From Octopus sinensis (taxonomy: Eukaryota): a stretch of 64,000 nucleotides of DNA. A model generated the notes under the pieces. It was not told where the DNA came from, ran no database searches, and saw only the letters and a program-made list of their open reading frames with translations. Where the stretch lies: assembly GCF_006345805.1 (NCBI RefSeq), contig NC_043010.1, forward strand, positions 7,192,001 through 7,256,000, read 5' to 3'. The position numbers and the translations under genes are program-made. Below, piece after piece: positions 53,833 through 64,000 of the stretch; the first letter of the stretch is position 1, and every line of letters begins with the position of its first letter.

Positions 53833-55239
53833 TGGTTTATACAATACAGTAAATAGTGTTGTCATTTATTACCATGTACCTTAAGATCAAGTCAACAAAA
53901 GTCTAAAATTGAAGGCGCCCTGTGTATGACCATCCTAACTTTAACATCATGCATAGTTAATCTAAGGACTACATTATCCAATACATCCTTAATTTTATTT
54001 TTGATGCTAGCATGGTGCAATTTTAGGGTGTGAGATTTTGCTTCTATTTCTAATATGCCAAAACAATCTCATAAAATCTCCATCATTAGCTTGAACTGAA
54101 GCAGTTAGAAGGTGGAGGTCGAGGAATGAAAATGAACAAGTTTAGTGTTAGCTGAAGAGAGGCTAGTTTGAAGAACTGAACTATCTAGCTTATTGCAGCA
54201 TAGAAAAACATCAATGTAGATGATGATGATGTGGTATGACATGACAACAGTGATTATGATACTGTAATTTAGTCATGTGGAACAAGAAACTCCAGTTTAT
54301 TCTGAGAGGGATGAAAAAAACTAGAGAACGTAACCTGTCAAATTATTTTGTTTTGACTTAACACTGTTTGTCAGTTATGTTAAATGAAAAGTATGACTCT
54401 TCTTATATATAGCATTATTTTTTTTAAAAGATAATGTTGTGGTATTATAACAACAATGAAAAAAGTTTTCATGCTATAATTCTTACTTCAGGATAGTAAA
54501 TACAGAATCTTTGTGGTATGGTTCACTAACAGTTGTTTATGATATTACAGAGTAGCTTTATGGGAAATGTCAGCTTTATAGAAAATTACTGACATCAGCT
54601 ATAAAGAAATTATATCTATGTCTAAAGGAAAAATTATAATTTATTTTATCATCATGTCCAAAATAATATCAGTATAGAAGTAAATTATTAGTGTGTCAAG
54701 TTTCTAGCTATGGAGACCAACAGACAGAATTTATATAAAAAAAAAATAAATATAAAATAGTTAAGATAAATAGCTTAAAATTTCTTTATTACTAACAATC
54801 ACGAAATTTGTTTTTCTCACAAAGTTAAATCTATGTTTGCAACAAAATGTCTTTTTATTTATTATTGATGTCGAAAGCATTCAATAAATATTACTGGTAA
54901 TGTTATGGACAAGCCTATTGCTGTTTGGTCTAAAAGAATGCAAAAAAAAAATAAAAATAAAAAAAAATTATGCAGCCTTTGATGTTGCTACACATGTTTG
55001 AAACAAACGCTTTATGTTACAGGTTTGAAGAAAATAAAATATTTGTTTTAGAATTATTCAACAAGTATTTGTATATATAATTATCCAGATCATACATCTA
55101 TAAAAATATTAAATACCTCCATATGAAATATGTAACTGTAATTTTTATACAATACTTTCATTTGTATTATGGCCAGCGGTATAATAAATTTTTGATGACT
55201 GTTTATCTCTTTATTAGTTTTTACATATTTGTTATTGAA

Positions 55240-55250
55240 ACTATAATAAT

Positions 55251-55285
<35 letters not shown>

Positions 55286-55361
55286 TCATTATTGTTATTA
55301 TTACTATCATTATTATTATTACTATTATTATTATTACTATTATTATTACTATTATTATTAC

Positions 55362-55394
<33 letters not shown>

Positions 55395-55529
55395 TGTTAT
55401 TATTATTATTATTATTACTATTATTATTATTATTATTATTATTACTATTATTTCTATTATTATTATTATTACTATCATTATTATCATTATTATTATTATT
55501 ATTACTATTATTGTTACTATTATTATTAC

Positions 55530-55563
<34 letters not shown>

Positions 55564-55718
55564 TTTACTATCATTATTACTATTATTATTATATTATTAC
55601 TATGATTATTATTATTATTTTTACTATTATTATTATTATTATTATTATATTATTATTATTATTATTACTATTATTATTATTATTACTATTACTATTTTTA
55701 TTATTACTATTATTATTA

Positions 55719-55770
<52 letters not shown>
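55240..55770. repeat. ~530-bp (TTA/CTA)n microsatellite
   Basis: Directly visible. Confidence 0.95.
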
Positions 55771-55782
<12 letters not shown>

Positions 55783-56384
55783 TTAATTTATTTTAGGTTT
55801 TGAAATATAGTTAGTGAACCTTTCTTCTAAAGAAAATCCTAAAAAATCTATTATGAAGCCAAACCAACTCAATGTGAAAGTGCAAAGCTGTTTCAGTGCT
55901 TTCATGAAACCATTCTTTCTCTGCTGGCATCCAAGGGAGTGAATAGATTTATTGTCATTCAGCCTATCATTATAACTACACAGGAACCAATGAACCTCAT
56001 GCAAACATGTTGCACTAAATCTTTTTCACAGCATACTCTTTTTTTAATGGCAGATATTATCATGTTCTAAACTAAAGATATTTCCCCTCTGTTCCTTTCA
56101 AGTATCAAAACACACACACACACACACACACATACACATATGTATGCACACACATGCATGCATGCACATGCACACACACACACACACGCAAACACACAGA
56201 CAAAGAGGAATAATCAGTATTTTCTCCTATAAATTCAGCTTTGTAAGTAATTTTGGACCAAGCTTCACCAAAGTAGTACCTATGATATAATGAAACATTT
56301 AAGGTTATGTTCCTGAATTTTTTTTTTTTAAACATATAATCCAAAATCAATAGACATATACAGCACCAATATTTTCTGCCACAG

Positions 56385-56461
56385 CTGATGAGGACAGTAG
56401 TGATGGGATGGAAGCTAAAGATTTATTTGATTTATTTGTACAACAACTGAACAGATTGTAA
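56385..56461 (+). CDS. Candidate coding exon of an unidentified gene (xDEDSSDGMEAKDLFDLFVQQLNRL)
   Basis: Acceptor ATATTTTCTGCCACAG and an open phase-1 frame of protein-like composition, ending at a GTAAAA donor (56458) or TAA (56459-56461). No partner exon could be linked. Confidence 0.25.
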
Positions 56462-56618
56462 AAGTACATTGCCAAAATATAAAATTGTTATGCGTTGTTT
56501 GACAATGCTTTTCTAAAATAAAACAGAAATTTAGCACTTATTTACCTGCATATTATTTTCAGATGTTACAAATTAAATAATATTTTACATTCAAGAATCT
56601 GATAAATAACATACACCA

Positions 56619-57600
56619 ACTGAGGTGCAGTTTGGGTTCATATCCAAGAAAGGAACCATGAATGCAATCTCTCTTGTGAGGCAGCTGTTGGAGAAATACT
56701 GGGCTAAAAATTAACCATTATTCCTGACATTTGTTGATTAGAAGAATGTGTTTGACAGGATACCACATTCAGCAGTTTGGTGGTAATTAAGAAAAATAGG
56801 GGTAGATTAATGGTTTGTGAGGGCTATACAAAGATGCAGTAAGCAAAGTGATTGTCAACAGCGATGTTAATGACAAATTGGATGTGAGAGTAGGAGTCCA
56901 TCACACCCCATTCTTCAACTCTCTCATATCCCTCAAAGACCTGCAGGCCATCACAGAGTAGTTTCATACTGGCTATCCATGGCAAATTTTATATGCTGAT
57001 GGCTGGCCTCCATGCCAGTGGCATGTAAAAAGCACCATCCGTTCGTGGCCGTTGCCAGCCTTGCCTGGCCACCATGCCGGTGGCATGTAAAAAGGAAAAT
57101 CCGATTGTGGCCGTTGCCAGCCTCGCCTGGCCCCTGTGCCGGTGGCACATAAAAAGCACCATCTGTCCATGGCCGTTTGCCAGCTCCGTCTGGCACCTAT
57201 GCGGGTGGCACGTAAAAAACACCCACTACACTCACGGAGTGGTTGGCGTTAGGAAGGGCATCCAGCCGTAGAAACACTGCCAGATCAGACTGGGCCTGGT
57301 GCAGCCTTCTGGCTTCACAGACCCCAATTGAACCGTCCAACCCATGCTAGCATGGAAAGCGGACGCTAAATGATGATGTTGATGATGATGATGATGATGA
57401 CCTAGTTCTCATAGCTGAATTTACAGGAGAATTAGAGAGGAAATTCCAGATATGGAAGCTGCACCCAGAATTGAGTAGCCTCGAGATAAATTTGGTTGGG
57501 ACTAAATTTTTAGATAAGTAAGAAAGAAAGACACTAATATATTCAGGAAAATGGTCTTGTTTGATGTGCATAAAAAGTGTAAGCATAAACGTGTTGACTT
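56619..57600 (+). mobile_element. Old RTE LINE RT-core remnant, split by a younger insertion
   Basis: EVQFGFISKKGTMNAISLVRQLLEKYWAKN*PLFLTFVD*KNVFDRIP...QILYAD [insert] DLVLIAEFTGELERKFQIWK...LEINLVGTKF. Confidence 0.88.
57001..57398 (+). mobile_element. RTE 3' UTR copy (family C) nested in the YADD codons
   Basis: Modules, tail and (GAT)n lie between GAT 56998-57000 and GAC 57399-57401. Confidence 0.9.
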
Positions 57601-57772
57601 TATTCAGTGTAAGCTTTCGGTGCACAAGATTTGCAGTGGAATCACATATATACATATAAAATCAATGAAAAGTTTATAAAATGCTTCAAGAGATGAGTTT
57701 CATACACTCAAAGCTTTATGCATGGTACTTATCAAAATACATGAAACTTTTGACCTTTAAGTTACTTCTGTT

Positions 57773-58578
57773 ATAGAAATAATATTGTGAGGTCGACTTT
57801 GCCTTTATAGAAATAATGTTGTGAGGTCGACTTTGCCTTTATAGAAATAATGTTGTGAGGTCGACTTTGCCTTTATAGAAATAATGTTGTGAGGTCGACT
57901 TTGCCTTTATAGAAATAATATTGTGAGGTCGACTTTGCCTTTATAAAAATAATATTGTGAGGTCGACTTTGCAGTTATAGAAATAATGGTGTGAGGTCGA
58001 CTTTGCAGTTATAGAAATAATGGTGTGAGGTCGACTTTGCCTTTATAGAAATAATATTGTGAGGTCGACTTTGCCTTTATAGAAATAATGTTGTGAGGTC
58101 GACTTTGCCTTTATAAAAATAATATTGTGAGGTCGACTTTGCCTTTACAGAAATAATGTTGTGAGGTCGACTTTGCCTTTATAGAAATAATGTTGTGAGG
58201 TTGACTTTGCCTTTACAGAAATAATGTTGTGAGGTCGACTTTGCCTTTATAGAAATAATGTTGTGAGGTCGACTTTGCCTTTACAGAAATAATGTTGTGA
58301 GGTCGACTTTGCCTTTATAAAAATAATATTGTGAGGTCGACTTTGCCTTTATAGAAATAATATTGTGAGGTCGACTTTGCCTTTATAAAAATAATATTGT
58401 GAGGTCGACTTTGCCTTTATAAAAATAATATTGTGAGGTCGACTTTGCCTTTATAGAAATAATATTGTGAGGTCGACTTTGCCTTTATAGAAATAATGTT
58501 GTGAGGTCGACTTTGCAGTTATAGAAATAATGTTGTGAGGTCGACTTTGCCTTTATAGAAATAATGTTGTGAGGTCGA
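57773..58578. repeat. 34-bp minisatellite, 23 full units plus one partial
   Basis: ATAGAAATAATRTTGTGAGGTCGACTTTGCCTTT; GAGGT recurs every 34 bp from 57789 to 58571. Confidence 0.97.
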
Positions 58579-58583
58579 ATAAT

Positions 58584-58727
58584 GAGGTCGACTTTGCCTT
58601 TCATCCTTTTCGGGGTCAATAAAATAAGTACCAGTTATGCACTGAGTTCGATATAATCGACTTAATCCATTTGTCTGTCCTTGTTTGTCCCCTCTGTGTG
58701 AAGCCCCTTGAGGGCAGTAAAGAAATA
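58584..58727 (+). mobile_element. 5'-truncated family B SINE
   Basis: Starts GAGGTCGACTTTGCCTTTCATCC and ends GCAGTAAAGAAATA. Confidence 0.9.
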
Positions 58728-59496
58728 AGAAATAATGCTGTGAACATACTGCAATTGCTGCAATGACTGAGTGCTCCACAGATTAATTTGGAACAGTTCA
58801 AGCTTAAGCTTAACTAATTATGAGTGTTAGGCACAAATGTTTCTTCCACCATGAGCAGGGAAACACTTGTTCTTTATTGTTAAATGTTGCTGCATTTTAA
58901 TTCCTTCTTAATTACTGTAAAAGCATAGCTCATTCATCAGTTTTGCAATGCCTTCAAATTTCAAGAAACTCCTAAATTCCTAACGAAAGGTTATTATAAT
59001 ACTTGGCTCTACTTTTATCAGCATTGGATTAATCATTAAGCAAAATAAGCCCATGGTTAGGGCATCAAAGGAAGGGGAGAACCACAGAAATGGTAAATGT
59101 TTTACAGCATAAAAATCCCCTTAAACTTGCCTTATTATCTGCACCTTAATTATCTAATAAGCTGTGATCTACTTTTATGGACCATTTTATTTTTCTCCTT
59201 ACTGATTTCACTGAATGGAGTGAGATTATGCTGGGAAACCTTTATCCAGGAGCGTTTTTTAATTGATTATATCAATCCAGTAATGTGTCTGATATTTAGT
59301 TCATCATTTTCATGAGATATAGACCAATGCTGACCTAATATTTCTTTATATTTCATAAAGATAGTCAACACACTTAAACAAGAATTCAGAGGAAAATTTG
59401 TGTATGAATGCACTGGTTATCACCTAGGCTGATATAAACATACACACATTACAGAGTATACATACATACATATATACATACACACATACACATGAA

Positions 59497-59691
59497 TGCA
59501 TTCATGGTTCCTTTCTTGGATATGAACCCAAACTGCACCTCAGTTGGTGTATGTAATTTATCAGATTCTTGAATGTAAAATATTATTTAATTTGTAACAT
59601 CTGAAAATAATATGCAGGTAAATAAGTGCTAAATTTCTGTTTTATTTTAGAAAAGCATTGTCATTTTATATTTTGGCAATGTACTTTTACA
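59497..59691. repeat. Inverted copy of 56457-56666
   Basis: Reverse-complement match with one substitution and a 15-bp deletion. Confidence 0.95.
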
Positions 59692-59696
59692 TTTAA

Positions 59697-60200
59697 GAGC
59701 TTGCCCATCGTTTTTTTTTTTTTGTCATCTATGGTATTGTGCATTGAGAATTCATCCCCCATGGCCAGACCCTCAAACAAGAGTTCTATTACAACGTTTT
59801 GAAGTGTTTGAAGGAGAACATTCAGTGAAAGCAATAGGATCTGTGGGGCACAAGGAATTGGATTCTCTTTGATGACAATGCGCCAGGTCACTGAACTTTC
59901 CTCGCTCATGAGTTTCTCGTCAAAAACAACATGGTATTGCTTCTGCACCCACCCTATTCACCAGACTTCCATCTCTTTTCCCAGATGGAAGTGTAGCTCA
60001 AAGGTTGCTGTCTTAAAACCGTTGTCAAGATCACGATTGAATTGCAGAAGATCCTCAATCTGCTTATGGTAAACAACGTCCAGACCAGATTCCAAAAATG
60101 GCAGGAACACTGAGACCAGTGTACTGCTGTACAAGGTGACTGTTTTGAAGAAGCTGATGTTAAAACTTAGGTATTTAAGTTATTTTTTATTAAACATATT
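59697..60200 (+). pseudogene. mariner transposase remnant (C-terminal half)
   Basis: GIVH*EFIPHGQTLKQEFYYNVL...NWILFDDNAPGH...HEFLVKNNMVLLLHPPYSPDF...FQKWQEH*DQCTAVQGDCFE. Confidence 0.85.
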
Positions 60201-60227
60201 ATACATATATATATATATTTATATATA

Positions 60228-60652
60228 TAGCCGCAGGAGTGGCTGTGTGGTAAGTAGCTTGCTTACCAACCACATGGTTCCGGGTTCAGTCCCACTGCAT
60301 GGCAATTTGGGCAAGTGGCTTCTGCTATAGCCCCGGGCCGACCAATGCCTTGTGAGTGGATTTGGTAGACGGAAACTGAAAGAAACCCGTCGTATATATG
60401 TATATATATGTATGTATGTGTATGTGTATATGTTTGTGTGTCTGTGTTTGTCCCCCCAACATCGGTTGACAACCGATGCTGGTGTGTTTACATCCCCGTC
60501 ACTTAGTGGTTCAGCAAAATAGACCGATAGAATAAGTACTAGGCTTACAAAGAATAAGTCCTGGGGCGATTTGCTCGACTAAAAAGGTGGTGCTCCAGCA
60601 TGGCCACAGTCAAATGACTGAAACAAGTAAAAGAGTAAAAGAGTAAAGAGAG
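60228..60652 (+). mobile_element. Family A SINE
   Basis: Full length. Confidence 0.9.
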
Positions 60653-61012
60653 AGAGTCCAGGAACTTGCTGATACCACCTCATATACTATCATTCTAAAA
60701 ATTTGCAATCACATTATCGAAATCTTGAACAATGCGTATCATAGGCTTACTCTGTTTGGAGTCACTCACTAAGTTCTCATAGTGGCACAAAGAGCAAAGG
60801 TCTGAGGAGAGTAAACTCAAATACATCAACTCTCAGCAATATCTCAGATCAGTTCAAGACCACAAATTTGTTAGAGACATTTGTAGTCGATTGAATTAAT
60901 GTCACAATGAACATATTATTTGTTTATAGGCAACCTTCAACTTTTTCTTTCCAATTTGTTTTTTAAACCCAATTTTTACATGTTACGTGTAAAACAGCAA
61001 GGATGACACGCA

Positions 61013-61337
61013 AATGGCAGTGCCCCAGCATGGCCACAGCTCGTGAGATGAAACTAAATGAAATAAAAAAAAAAATTCGTGAAGCGTTCCATATTTTTTA
61101 AATGGCAGTGCCCCAGCATGGCCACAGCTTGTGAGCTGAAACTAGATGAAATAAAAAAAAAATTCGTGAAGCGTTCCATATTTTTTAAATGGCAGTGCCC
61201 CAGCATGGCCACAGCTCGTGAGCTGAAACTAGATGAAATAAAAAAAAATTTGTGAAGCGTTCCATATTTTTTAAATGGCAGTGCCCCAGCATGGCCACAG
61301 CTCGTGAGCTGAAACTAGATGAAATAAAAAAAAAAAT
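61013..61337. repeat. ~87-bp minisatellite, about 3.7 units
   Basis: Unit starts at 61013, 61101, 61188 and 61274 (AATGGCAGTGCCCCAGCATGGCCACAGC...). Confidence 0.95.
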
Positions 61338-61455
61338 GTTATATCCATATTTTTATCTACATAGAGTTCCATAATTAAAAACTATTAAGTTAGTGTCTCT
61401 TAAAGTTTCCAAACTCTTATGAGGTAAACAACATACAATGGTATGTATAAAGCTA

Positions 61456-61550
61456 AAGGCGGCAAGCTGGCAGAAACGTTAGCATGCCGGGCGAAATGCT
61501 TAGCGATATTTCGTTTGCCGCTATGTTCTGAGTTCAAATTTCACTGAGGT
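61456..61550 (+). mobile_element. 5' half of a family B SINE, cut at GAGGT
   Basis: Head through AAATTTCACTGAGGT; the rest is absent. Confidence 0.8.
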
Positions 61551-61700
61551 AAAATTTCCGCTTTTTTCTTATTTTCCTTTTCCTAAAATTTTCGTTGCTT
61601 CTTGCAACCTTTACGATAGTCTTGAGTCAAGACTATTGAAAAGGTTGCAAGCAACGAAAATTTTAGGAAAATAAAAATAAGAAAAAAGTGGAAATTTTAC
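61549..61700. repeat. Imperfect palindrome (~75-bp arms, centre 61626); probable Penelope-like terminal repeat (family H4)
   Basis: GTAAAATTTCC...ATAGTCTTGA G TCAAGACTAT...GGAAATTTTAC. Confidence 0.8.
61633..61666 (+). ncRNA. Possible minimal hammerhead motif, family H4 (U3-A8 core)
   Basis: CTA TTGAAAA G GTTGC AA GCAAC GAA AA TT T TAG; stem I is only 3 bp. Confidence 0.4.
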
Positions 61701-62779
61701 TGGTGAGTGTGTTATATTATAAGGCACAAAAAGAAAATGACTCTCCCCAGACACAACAGAATATGCTTCAACACACGAACTCATATAAAGAATCTTGCAA
61801 AACCAAATCCAAAAACGAAACATAGAAAGGAAAATTAAGATAACAGTTTTGAGAAAAATGTTTTCCTTTACAAATAAGATGTTTTGGAATAAATATCGGA
61901 AAACTATGACATGGGAAATGTTTCCAGTAGTGCTTTCTGTGTAAAGAATATATAATTAAGGGTTGACACACTTAATGTGGTGAGCTAAAAATAACTTTTA
62001 GTTAATCAGTATGAAAATTTATGAGCGCTAATGATAATTCATATCAAGGAAGGATAAAGGAGAGAACTCTGAAATCCAGCATTTGAGTATTATAACCATG
62101 AATTTTGTTTCTAAGTGTTTTTGTATTTGAACCCTACCAGAATAATAATACAACTTCAATAAAATCATAAATATTTGAAATCTGAAATTGATAATCCCCT
62201 TGAGATCATGTTAAACTCATATGGATCATCTCATGGAATTTCTTTTACTGAATATTTCATATTTAATGAAAATGGCATTTATATATTTTTTATCCAGATA
62301 ATTTTGTGATGATTAAAAATGCCTATCAAATTACAGATTAAATTAAATTGAAAATTCTATTGCTACACTGTATGCTCTTATCAAATTAGAACATTCCACC
62401 ATGAAGTTCATATCACCAATATTCTGCTTTATTCTAATAACTCATAAAATATTCTTGGAAAACGCTTTGATTCCCAATAACTAATGTGATTGAGTAAAAA
62501 TTAGAATTATTCTGGATGAGGAAGAAATCTTAGCAACTCTTCAGTTATTAAAAGGATCAATAACCAAAGTGTGAACGAAATCTTGTGAGGGTGTTTGGCT
62601 GTTTTATCTATTTATTCATTTATTCAATCATTTATTTGTTACACAATACAGTAGTGTTTAATTTAAAAGGGAAAAGAGAAATGGGATCCACAGAAGTTGC
62701 GGAAGATAACAAATTACTTTCGAGAAATCTAAAAACAAATAAATAAATAAATATATAAATAAGATGTAATGCCAAAATA

Positions 62780-62879
62780 ATGATAATAATAATAATATAA
62801 TAATAATAATGATAATAAATAATAATAATAATCATGATAATAATAATAATATAATAATATAATAATAATAATAATGATG

Positions 62880-62925
<46 letters not shown>

Positions 62926-63064
62926 TAATAATCATGATAATAATAATAATAATAATAATATATAATAATAATAATAATAATAATTAATAATAATAATAAT
63001 AATGATAATAATAATAATAATATAATAATAATAATAATCATGATAATGATAATGATAATAATAA

Positions 63065-63159
<95 letters not shown>

Positions 63160-63170
63160 TAATAATAATA
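62780..63170. repeat. (TAA)n microsatellite
   Basis: Directly visible. Confidence 0.95.
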
Positions 63171-63752
63171 TTCAGTAATGTCAAAGGAAATCAAATATGA
63201 CAGATGAAAATTAAATCAGTTCAGAATAAAGATGGCTTCATTATTATTGCCTAATTACTCAACATAATAATCTAATTTTGAAGTGCTCGCAATATGTGGG
63301 GAGCCCTTCCATTTCTGATAATACTTGGCAAGGTGTAAGCAAAGCTTGCATCATCTTCATAGATAATTTATGCAACCCCTTTCCATGTGAATATTTATTT
63401 TTGCTATTTCTTTTGACACTTCTAAAAATCAATGTTCATGGATGCTTTTCCTTTCATATTGCACCAAGCATTTCAAATGTAATTCTAATGCTAATGATCA
63501 GAGGAACTGTACTTTGTATCTTTATATTTTCACTTCAGTGTATCTTATGGATCATTTGCCTTCAGAAACTGTAATCTAGTATCAACATTTTTTTACTGCT
63601 CTTTCTGTTAATAGTTGTCCAAGAAGTATGCGATCAAAACAGATTCTAACTCATATTAAGACAGTATCCTGTTTTCAATGATGATGAATGACAATTGCGA
63701 CACTATATGTCTGTAAGGTAACATAAACAGTGAAGTCAGTGCTAACAGATTT

Positions 63753-64000
63753 AATACTCTTTTACTCTTTTACTTGTTTCAGTCATTTGACTGCGGCCAT
63801 GCTGGAGCACCGCCTTTAGTCCAGCAAATCGACCCTGGGACTTATTCTTTGTAAGCCCAGTACTTATTCTATCGGTCTCTTTTGCCGAACTGCTAAGTGA
63901 CAGGGACGTAAACACACCAGCATCGGTTGTCAAGCAATGCTGGGGGGACAAACACACACACACAAACATATACACACACACATATATATATATATATACA
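63753..64000 (-). mobile_element. Family A SINE, 3' half (runs off the window)
   Basis: Tail and 3' body match the other copies. Confidence 0.9.

Noticed and set aside
57773-58578. CRISPR-like appearance of the regular 34-bp array
   Set aside because: No unique spacers and no cas genes; the unit is explained by SINE and TSD sequence.
51-64000. Dozens of ORFs rich in YI, HT, CV, poly-I/L/N/Y
   Set aside because: They are translations of (TA)n, (CA)n, (TACA)n and (TTA)n microsatellites.

Overview
AT-rich, microsatellite-saturated animal genomic DNA. The SINE/LINE repertoire suggests a coleoid cephalopod such as Octopus; this is inferred from repeat types, not from a database hit. No recognisable host gene is present, only one weak candidate exon, and nearly all ORF-track entries are translations of (TA)n, (CA)n, (TTA)n and (TACA)n tracts. 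The window is a retroposon graveyard: about 18 copies of a CORE-like tRNA SINE with an internal microsatellite, about 11 Nin-domain SINE copies, and RTE LINE fragments whose 3' UTR is the abundant (GAT)n-tailed repeat. It also holds CR1-type, Penelope-type, Merlin, maT (DD37D), mariner, Helitron and piggyBac-like MITE remnants. Most notable: four unrelated short repeat families each fold into a minimal, dimer-type hammerhead ribozyme of the Penelope terminal-repeat kind, and the 3-8 core pair covaries between families (C-G, G-C, U-A). Three minisatellites arose at retroposon junctions, including a 34-bp x 23 array built from a SINE target-site duplication plus the SINE 5' end. An RTE tail is inserted exactly between the two Asp codons of an older RT YADD motif, and there are two recent inverted duplications of unique DNA.
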